From Octopus sinensis (Eukaryota): DNA of 64,000 nt. The number at the start of each line of letters is the position of its first letter. Positions within the stretch are counted from its first letter, which is position 1. The translations under genes and the position numbers were made by a program. Below are positions 54,107-64,000 of the stretch, in pieces. The notes under the pieces were generated by a model. The model had not been told where the DNA came from. It saw nothing but the letters and a program-made list of their open reading frames with translations, and did not search any database. Where the stretch lies: assembly GCF_006345805.1 (NCBI RefSeq), contig NC_043008.1, forward strand, positions 39,184,001 through 39,248,000, written 5' to 3'.

Positions 54107-54682
54107 TACCACTTGAAGAGGAAAGTGAGAGTAGAGAGGCAAGTTTTGTCTAGCGAATGCTTTAAAAAAAGATGGGAGAATGTAGCAAGGATGGCACGTA
54201 TGAATGACGAAGCCACCTTGAGCATAATCCTATGAACCCAGAAATTGAAAACAGAGGGTTACCCACTTGCAAACAAATGTAGTAACATATAACAATATTG
54301 ATCAAGGTTACCGTGGTCTTTTTCGTAGGCTTTTCTTCCCACGGATAAACCTTACTTGCTTTCCCATTTACACCATATATCATAACAGTGATACACGATC
54401 CCTATTGATCGTTTTTTTCCTCTTCCCCTTTTTTCTTCTTTTTTTCATTTCTCTTTTCTTTTGTTCCTTTTCCTTTTCTTTTTTTTCTTTTTCATTTTTT
54501 AAAAAAAATTTTATTTAAAATTTTTTTTTGTTCTTTTCTTCCCTTTTACGATCCCTCTTGATCGAAAACCTACGCCACCCCTTTTTTTCTTTTGTTTTTT
54601 GTTTTTGTCATCCCCCAAAAGGAAAGCTCTACCTTGTAACTTGTCCCATCTGTGTGCAGCCCTGTGTGGCCAATAAAGAAAC
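54107..54682 (+). mobile_element. 5'-truncated L1/Tx1-like LINE (ORF2 C-terminus plus 3' UTR) inside (CTAT)n
   Basis: YHLKRKVRVERQVLSSECFKKRWENVARMARMNDEATLSIIL* (54107-54235); T-rich UTR; ends caataaagaaa; (ctat)n on both sides. Confidence 0.65.
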
Positions 54683-54749
54683 TTATCTATCTATCTGTCT
54701 GTGTCTGTGTCTGTCTGTCTATCTATCTATCTATCTATATATCTATCTA

Positions 54750-54808
<59 letters not shown>

Positions 54809-55547
54809 TTCTATCTATCTATAGATCAATCGATTGATCAATCATATAAGCGTACATGCGCTCGTGTGTAAACTTTGTGTATGCGCATGCACGTACGTAT
54901 TTCTTTTTATAAACGCACTCGCTCTTCTGTGTTGAATATTTAACAAACGAGGTCAATATGCCTCGCAAATATACACAACATAATATAAGCATTGTCCCTG
55001 GAAGGTGTTTTTTTGTCACTCGTAGTGAATATATGCAGCATTATGAAGACAAATATTGTTCTCAATGGTTGTGCCTGAACGTTTCATTGCGAGAGTGTTT
55101 TGTTTAAGATATATTTTGTTTAATCAATGCAGTTATGTGTATTTGGATATTCAGATATTGATAGTGTCATTATTGCCATTGAGCACCATGCTTTTAGAGA
55201 GAATTGTGATATACATTGTGAGAATTGGTAAATACGTCGAAAATATGCTTTGTCGTATTTGCTTTATTTTTTTATTTAAATTCTGAGACGGAAATCAACT
55301 AGCTGTAGGTGACCATTTGATTTCCGTCTTCCGAAGACGAGAATAATCATATTAGTCACTAACCGCATTCGTCTACGTAACAGTCTCCTTTACAATGGTA
55401 GTACATTTTTCTATATTAGTATTATTGAAGTTTATAGTTTTAGGAAGAGTAATCAGACGTTTAGGTAAAAGTATGAGAATCAGAACATTTGCTAGATCTT
55501 GTTACGTTCTAATTCCATCTCTCACCAATATTAATATCTATATTATT

Positions 55548-56335
55548 AGGCGGCAGGCTGGCAGAATCGATAGCACGCCGGGCGAAATGCTTTGCAGTAT
55601 TTCGCCCGTCGTTACGTTCTGAGTTCAAATTCCGCCGAGGTCGACTTTACTTTTCATCCTTTCGGGGTCGATTAAATAAGTACCAGTTACGCACTGGGGT
55701 CGATATAATCGATTTAATCTGTCTGTCTGTCCTTGTTTGTCCTCTCTGTGTTTAGCCCCTTGTGGGTAGTAAAGAAATAGGTATTTCGTCTGCCATTACG
55801 TTTTGAGTTCAAATTCCGCCTTTCATCATTTCGGGGTCGATAAATTAAGTACCAATTACACACTGGGGTCGATATAATCGACTTAATCCCTTATTTGTCC
55901 CCTCTGTGTTTAGCCCCTTGTGGGTAGTAAAAAAATAGGTATTTCGTTTGTGTCCGTGTTATGAGTTCAAATGCCGCCGGGGTCAACTTTGCCTTTTATC
56001 CTTTCGGGGCCGATAAATTAAATACCGGTTGCGTACTGGGGTTGATGTAATCGACTAGTCTTCCTCTCCCGAAATTTCAGGCCTTGTGCCTATATTAGAA
56101 AGGAATTAATATCTATATTAGGCGGCGAGCTGGCAGAATTGTTAGCATGCCAGGCGAAATGCTCAGCGGTATTTTGTCGCTGCCGCTACATTCTGAGTTC
56201 AAATGCCGCCGAAGTCGATTTTGCCTTTCATCCTTTCGGGGTCGATAATATAGGTTTCAGTTGAACACTGGGGTGAATGTAATCGACAAACCACTGTCCT
56301 AACATTGGCTGCCCTTGTGGAAAATTTTGAAACCA
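55548..56335 (+). mobile_element. SINE family B trimer plus an additional copy
   Basis: Bodies restart at ~55780 and ~55938; new head at ~56120. Confidence 0.9.
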
Positions 56336-57778
56336 ATATTAATATCTATATTATTAACGGTCGTAAAAATACGTAGACAGCAACTGTTTTCTCCTTCTTT
56401 TTCCAATCAGGACTCACGCCATTAGCCAGAAAGAAAAATCTCTAACTCGAGCCTACTCTAAGCTACTAAAAATGCGCGTGGCAACTTGAAGATCTACCCA
56501 CCACGCGCGATAGACTAGCGGTTGAACGGGTGCAAAAACTACGTTGTTATCCCCATTCCGTAAACGGTGGCTTTTAACGGGTGGAGAGCTGAACCATACT
56601 GGGGTACAGAGGATTCCCAATCTAGACTAGGTTCCTCTGCTTTGTGACAGAAGTAGGAAGAAAGAGTGAGAGAAAGTTGTCGTGAAAGAGTACAGCGGGG
56701 TTCAGCTCCCCACCCCGCCAGAGCCTCGTGGAGCTTAGGTATTTTTGTTCAATAAACACTCACAATGCCCGATCCGCTGCCCTAACCACTGGGCTATTGC
56801 GCATCCACGCAACTGTTGTTGGAGCAGTTTAGCTTCAAGTGAAATCTTGTCGAGAAAATTTACCATCATAGACACCCTAAGTGTGACCATCCTGTGATTT
56901 TAGAGGCATCTCGGATCTTATGATTTCATGCGATATGGATTGTTTTGGAGATAGGGCACGGTGTTATATAGTTACAATCCACTGTTTTTAGCAGTGAGGG
57001 CGACCACGGAGAAACTCTGCTGCTGGTTCGTTAGTGATACAGTAAAAGCGTATAGTGATACTTAGTGACATTGCCATGTCATATACAGCAAAGGTATATT
57101 CTTCCCATTAATTCATTCAATGTCGATAAAATATATTTTATTTGTATATTCGTGAGACGAATATTCCATTAAAAATTATCTTAGTGACCTTAAAGAATAT
57201 TCTCAAAACATAATACGAATAATAAACTTTTTGTCATGTGTTTTTATATTGCATATTTAAATGAGGAGTGGAAAAAAAGTAGAAATCGGAAATATCAAAA
57301 TAATGAAGAATTCCTAAACAATTGTGCTAAAAATAAGAGTCATACTATTCGAAACTGAAAAAATACATATTGATAAAAAAAACATTTGTTTTTTTAAGCT
57401 CGAATGCGTTAGTAAAATAGTTATTAGGCGAGAGATAAGAAGAATCGTCACAATGAATGCAGGAAAATGTTATAGTATTTGTGTCCTTTAATGCTCCCGA
57501 CCTAGAATAAAGGAAAAGATAATTCGACTTTCAGTGATTTATAGATCGCTTTAAATGCTTTAGCAAAATACTGTTTGGCATTCAAACTGTTATTTCTGTT
57601 TCTCAGGTATCATTTTCTATTAAAAGTATGTTTCTAACATAGGTATACAAAAAAAAAAAAAATAGTAAGAGGATGGATTAGTCGAGTAAAGTTATCATGG
57701 TATTTAACTGGTACATTATTTTAATGAGATGTACTTGCATAGCAAGTGGCCTGATCTGAGATCGTGTGCTGGAACGAA

Positions 57779-57864
57779 AACAATTGCAGCGTGGAAGGTG
57801 TTTATAAGTCATTTAAGAAACACACAAAAAATGACTTATAAACACCTTCCACGCTACAATTGTT
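57779..57864. repeat. 36-bp-arm hairpin, probably a MITE remnant
   Basis: aacaattgcagcgtggaaggtgtttataagtcattt / aaatgacttataaacaccttccacgctacaattgtt. Confidence 0.85.
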
Positions 57865-58545
57865 GTTTATTTTAATGATACTTGAAGAAAGAAATCTCGT
57901 AGAATGTCACCGTAGACTTTCTGTACAATATAATTTATAACTGTATTGCTGTTTTTATTGAGGCAGTTTAGTCCCATGTAGAGCAGGCTTATACTATCAA
58001 AGCGGTAATTATATGTGATTTGGTCTATATTAGCAAATCAATCATTTACTTAATAATGTGATATGATTAAAAGGAAAATTCATGGGTACTTTTCACAAAC
58101 TGGAAGACTTCATAAATGCTTTTCCAGCTCATATCTTTACTAATTATAAAATATTCATTAACAGTAGCGTAACTAGACCGAGGCGGATTGGGCGGTCCGC
58201 CTTGGTGGAGCTGGGATGGGACAGCATATTTAGCGTCTGTTCTATTTGCATGTATAGACTTAGTGGTCCGGGGCAAACGGCGCACATAACGGCTGTTTCT
58301 GACAGCAAAACTCTACCTATATCACTATTCATTATCTTTGTAGCTTTTTCTGCCTCATCAGAGAGATGTGTGTATACCACATATATATCCATATATATAT
58401 TGAAATGGATAAATGAATTATCTTGTTACGGATTATTCAAAAGATAACCGATACCTGGGTAGCAAAAATCACAACAGAAAAATCACGGTTGAGGTTACGA
58501 CCATGGGGTCTCAAACCCGTGCCTTAGTGCGGAAATTTGAAGTTT

Positions 58546-58993
58546 ATATATTTAGTGTAGGAAGAAATGGAGCTGAACGAAGATTTAACAAAATTCCTTT
58601 TTATTATTTTCTACATATGTTTCAAAGGCTGCAAAGTCCCTAATTCGGATTGAATAAGGAGACCATTTTGCAGCCTTCTCTTCGGGAAAATCCAGGAACT
58701 TAATTCTCCAACAAAATGCACATCAAACTTTTCGACAAACGCTCGCGAGGAGCCCATGGGATAAATGGCACCATTTATCCCATGGGCTCCTCGCGAGCGT
58801 TTGTCGAAAAGTTTGATGTGCATTTTGTTGGAGAATTAAGTTCCTGGATTTTCCCGAAGAGAAGGCTGCAAAATGGTCTCCTTATTCAATCCGAATTAGG
58901 GACTTTGCAGCCTTTGAAACATATGTAGAAAATAATAAAAAGGAATTTTGTTAAATCTTCGTTCAGCTCCATTTCTTCCTACACTGAATATAT
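58546..58993. repeat. Near-perfect palindrome with 223-bp arms and a 2-nt spacer
   Basis: Centre ataaatgg-ca-ccatttat at 58769-58770; only mismatch seen at 58553/58986. Confidence 0.97.
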
Positions 58994-59027
<34 letters not shown>

Positions 59028-59437
59028 TCTTTTACTTTTTTACTCTTTTACTTGTTTCAGTCATTTGACTGCAGCCATGATGGAGTACCGCCTTTAGTCG
59101 AGCAAATCGACCCTAAGACTTATTCTTTGTAAGCCTAGTACTTATTCTATCGGTCACTTTTGCAGAACCGCTAAATTACGGGGACGTAAACACACTACCA
59201 TCGGTTGTCAAGCGATGCTGGAGAACAAACACAGGCACACAAACACATACTCACATATACATACATATATATATATACATATATACGACGGTCTTCTTTC
59301 CGTTTCCGTCTACCTGATCCACTCACAAGTCTTTGGTCGGCCCGGTGCTATAGTAGAAGACACCTGCCGAAGGTGCCACGTAGTTGGAATGAACCCGGAA
59401 CCATGTGGTTGGTTTAGCAAGCTACTCACCACAGCCA
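59028..59437 (-). mobile_element. SINE family A
   Basis: Reverse copy. Confidence 0.9.
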
Positions 59438-59473
59438 GAGAGAGATCTGTGTGTGTGTGTATGTGTGTGTGTG

Positions 59474-59518
<45 letters not shown>

Positions 59519-60453
59519 GAGAGAAAGAGATGCTCGCTCACGTACATGTACGGCAGCATATTTAGTTAATCGTTTTCAAGTTTGAAGTAGAAAGCGCTTC
59601 CTTTTCCACATGTATAACGACATGACCTCGCACAAGCATTGCGGTAGATTTGTTAAACTGTAGTCAAATATGTGTAATAGTGTTTGGTATGCTCTATAGA
59701 ACCATTGTTAACTGATTCACAAAGCAACAACAGCATCTTGTTGTACGTTAGTGATATTTAGCAATGGAATTAATGGCGTGAAAGTTTTTTCCTTCACTCA
59801 AGTGAGTACCTTTAGTTATGATTTGTGTGTCTAGAGTTATTTTCTATTAAAACTTAAAACTATTGTAAAAAGTAAAATAGTTTTTACTCGATTCGTTTGT
59901 TTACGCCTATCACATGAATTCCCAGGATGTGGCGCGTCGGAATATTTCGAAATAATTGTTATCTCTTCAGTAATTATGAAAGTCATCATGGAAATGAGGA
60001 AAATCAAATACAGATATAGAATTATAGATATCTGCAACGACTAATAGACAATACTAGATCCGTTATGGTTTACTGTCTATCTATTCCATCTGCTGAATGA
60101 ATGGAGAAACCATTCGACCATGGTAAACAAAAGTTAGGGAGAAAAAAGGGAAAAAATATTAAACATACATGAATAATAATCATAGTTTGTAATAATCATA
60201 TTGTAAAAACTGGTGGCGGTTGTGGTGGTAGTGGTGGTAGCGGTGGTGGTGGTGGTATGTGGTGGTGGTGATGATGATGATGTTGACGTTAATGACTACA
60301 ATTATAATGACGATGATGATAATAACATCGGTTTATGATGATGATGATAATGATGATGATGATTTTTTTATTGGCCACAAAGTGTCATGCATAGCAATAG
60401 GAATTGGTTTGGTAGTAAGAATGTGGTATAAAACGAAGAGAAGAATATTAATA

Positions 60454-61019
60454 CGAGCAAAACGCCCCCCGTCCAATGGACGGTGCTGAGTTGTCAAAAA
60501 TTTAAACCAAATTTTCTGAAAACAACTTGTCCGACCGTCCCATAGTCCTCCCCTTTGAGAAACACTGATTTAACCTAAATTTGAGACACCAGCAAAAGAA
60601 GAAATAAAGATAGAAAGTTAAGGCAAAAAAAAAAATATTCTTGAGAAACCAAATAGTTTTTTCTTCCTTCATGCCAAGTTTGAAGAAAATATCTCTTTTG
60701 CATCTTACTTTTTTGGTCTCTTAAATATACTGCATTTGGTGGCATTATTTCAAACCAGCCGACTTCTTTTGTGCAGACTGCACATGTATTTTTCTCGATT
60801 ACGCGTAGTATCCATCGCAACAGCTGATGTATTTGCGCGTACAAATACACGTTCCCACGGCTTTATCGATCGCATTCTCACCTGGAATCGAGTTTTTCAA
60901 GACTTATACACGCCCTGATACCGTCCGTATCTACATATCAAATTTGAGCGCAAACGGATGGAGGATGCCCGAGATCCTAGAAGACACACATACAGACAGA
61001 ACGGATTTTATATAATAGA
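60454..61019 (-). mobile_element. Non-autonomous Helitron-like element
   Basis: Minus-strand A|TCTATTATATAAAA start; 3' hairpin ccgtccattggacgg; ends CTCG|T. Confidence 0.8.
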
Positions 61020-61049
61020 TAATAAACAGTGTGTAGGAAAATACTTGTC

Positions 61050-62930
61050 ATTGTAATCAACGCAACACATGAGCTATTGTCAGAGGCCATAGAAGGTATA
61101 GAGGAACAAGGCGTATATCGATAACTACACAACACAGGCAACCAAAATAAATTATTGCTAAATTGTTAAACAGGGACACATACTGCGCTTCCTGTGATGT
61201 TTATCAGGTTAGTAATGGCAGCGGAGACTACAGCTATGGCCTACTAAGAGGAGAACCATATTAATTCACATGGTTAAAAAACCCAGCAAAATCTAAATGC
61301 TTCATGCTGTTTATTAATAATATCGTAAACAATAAATTAACATCTGCAAATAAGACCCTCTTATTCAGAAGAGCAGAAGAGATGCTACAAAGGAAGGCTT
61401 ATGCGGCTGTAAAGATCAATTACTGATCAACAAAGCCTTAACTGAATGCTGCAATGTCAGATGAATTCAAATTTAGTGTGGATTGAAAACCAAAAGGATT
61501 TTGATAGTGTTCATCCACATGCACCCATTAATAAGGTGTTACTAATAGAATTATATACATTAAACAAGATAAATGGCAGCCAATTCTTCAACAAAAAGGT
61601 TCTATATTAACTCAGAAAATCCTTATAGAAGTGAAATATTCCAAAGACTTTCTTCCCATTACTCCGCTTTTATCTTTAACGGACATTTTAAACCTGACTA
61701 GACACGAATCCAAATGTTATGAAAGAACAATCAACCATTATTTGTGTATCGTTAACTTCAGGTTATAAGCTGTCAACGATCAAGAACTGGAAACACTGCT
61801 GAAGATTTAAGGTGGGAATTGATATGATAAGCAGGTGGGAAAATGCGTCAAGTAAGCCGCAAAGAAAGGAAGATTAATTCAGTATAATAATATATTTCCT
61901 AGATACAGAAAGAGTAATATGAAAATTAAACCGAAAGTAGAATTACGAATATTTTGGAACCAGTGTAATAAATGTGATACAAGGCATAGAAATGAAAGAG
62001 AACATTTAAAAGTAATATTGCAGCTGCGTTATAATAATAATTAAAACAGATAAAATAGATATGTTACGGGTATAGTATTCTAAAATGGAAGCTAAACTAT
62101 TAAGATTACATCGAAATACAAGACATTTAATGATTGCATTTAAATACATTAATCAAAATCCAGTATACAGAGGTTAAATTTACCAAAGATACAGGAAGGT
62201 AAGAATCTCGTTCACTCTGAGAACTATCACAAAGCCTACCCTATAGAACTAGAAATATGCTTCATAATAATAATAAGGGAAAAAATTATAAAAATAGATA
62301 CAAAATAAGGACAAAATCCAAACAAATAATCTTCTGTGTTTAAGGAATTAAAAAAAATATACATAGAGTATTTTATAATGGCAGAGATTGAAAAAGCGAA
62401 AAAATAGAAAATGTGAAAATAAAACTAACAGTGGGACTTCTGTTAGATCCATGTTGAACGTCACAGAACTATCCAAGTACAGGCACACAGCCGAAACGGA
62501 ACGGTTTATGATTGCTGTGAAATGTACGCCTTCGTTTCACTCTAAATCATGAGGTCTAGTACCATTTATTTAGTAACTCCAAGATATTTATAAGTTGGTA
62601 GGAAACAGCTAAACCCATTTTCATTTATCAACTAAGAACATCTCTACAGTTACTACAATCGAGTTTTCATACAGCAACCATGATATAAGCTATAAAATTT
62701 GCTAATGGCAAATTATAGTATAAGTCTATACTAGCTACAGATTAATCTTAGAGGGTATTTATAAGATATGGTACAGACAAAAAATAGAAGCAAATCCATC
62801 TGATGTTGTTTTCGAGGACCACAAGATAAGAAGTACATTCTACCTAAAGTATATAAAGTCCAGGAGACTATAATATATCTCAAAATAAAATGAAGAATTT
62901 ATAGGAATATAACTCTGGAATTAAATATAA
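61050..62930 (+). mobile_element. Eroded R4/Dong-like LINE reverse transcriptase region
   Basis: EEQK..GCKDQLLINKA (61368-61440); WIENQKDFDSV (~61480-61510); YEYFG. Confidence 0.75.
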
Positions 62931-63699
62931 ACAACCAGAAAGTGTAAACTGTAAACAATTCACACAATCTACCCTGTCTGAGTTTGGTACATTCAGCTGC
63001 TGTCTCTTCAAGAAATACAGTTGCATTTTTACATGATTTTGTGGGTTACTTAGAAGCTGTATTAACTTTTCATAGTTAACTTAAGCAAACGTAGAGTTCT
63101 TGCATTCCTGGCCATTATTAAGTAAATGGCAGGAAGCTTGTAGCATTATATTTGGCTTTTGTCCAGATTCTCATTCACTTTCCTCCAATTCTTTATATTT
63201 TTAATCTCCTCCACCAAATCTTAACTTAACTCTGACCCCTCACCGCACCAGGAACACAACACAACGAGAGCCTACTCTCGGACTATATAGGGATGTGACA
63301 TGTCTCTTTGCCAATAATCTAGTCTCAGGTTCCATTTGTCAGGAAGCTTGGATTGATGTTCTCGAGCACCTTAACCAAAATAGGGGTTGAGGTATAGGGT
63401 ATTTGGACGACTGCAGACAAATTCATAGGGAAGAAACTGTGGTCGTAGGGAGAAGTCTTGGTTCGCATCAGTAAATTTTGCTGAAATGTAGTGAGCGAAC
63501 AAATTAAAAGTATAGTAAATAGACCCGCTCTGAATACGGGCCTGTATGCCCCAAGCAGTTTTTTTTTAATGCCATTGACCATGAGTTGATTACGTTGACT
63601 AACGTAAGTGATCCCTTGTTTGGCAGTGCGGGATTGTTCCTCTTTTAGGACAAATACAAAATAAATACTTAACAGAAACCTATGTATTTTGTTTTCTAA

Positions 63700-63940
63700 A
63701 AGGCGTCGAGCTGGCATAAACGTTAGCACGCCGGGCAAAATGATTAGCGGTATTTCGTCTACCGTTACGTTCTGAGTTCAAATTCCGCTGAGGTCGACTT
63801 TGCCTTTCATTCTTTCGGGGTAGATAATTTAAGTACCAGATACGCTCTTGGGTCGGTGTAATCGACTTAGCCCCTTTGTCTGTCCTTGTTAGCCCCCACT
63901 ATGTTTAGCCCCTTGTGGGTAATAAAGAAATAAGAAACCT
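63700..63940 (+). mobile_element. SINE family B
   Basis: Full copy. Confidence 0.9.
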
Positions 63941-64000
63941 ATTTATTTTGTTTTCCATGACTTGTATTCTATATCATATATGATGAAAAAAGATCCCCTT

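Noticed and set aside
55286-55329. 13-bp perfect hairpin
   Set aside because: The stem is too short for a miRNA precursor and has no supporting context.
58330-58372. Minus-strand CTGATGA possible hammerhead
   Set aside because: No GAAA after the putative stem II and no stem I or III.

Overview
This window is AT-rich, repeat-saturated eukaryotic DNA with no intact host gene that I can support. The tRNA-derived SINE families and very dense (TA)n/(CA)n/(CTAT)n/(AAT)n microsatellites suggest a coleoid cephalopod such as Octopus (inference). Recognisable remnants are a decayed Helitron Rep/PIF1 (1-3170), a decayed LTR retrotransposon 5' half (17.5-19.7 kb, minus), piggyBac, mariner, hAT, and RTE, R4/Dong and Tx1-like LINE pieces. 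Also present are non-autonomous Helitrons, several MITEs, at least 5 SINE families and a 100-N gap. The most unusual signals are: (1) an LTR element whose primer-binding position holds a non-tRNA sequence shared exactly (49 nt) with a second locus, whose complement ends like a box C/D (U3-type) snoRNA; (2) two coding-like islands folded into long inverted repeats, one a near-perfect 223-bp-arm palindrome flanked by an 18-bp direct repeat; (3) hammerhead-ribozyme motifs in Penelope-type repeats, including a tRNA-headed SINE with a hammerhead tail; (4) a Tx1-like LINE end inside (CTAT)n that shares its 3' tail with a major SINE; (5) a pri-miRNA-like hairpin. Coordinates were read by eye and may be off by a few bases.
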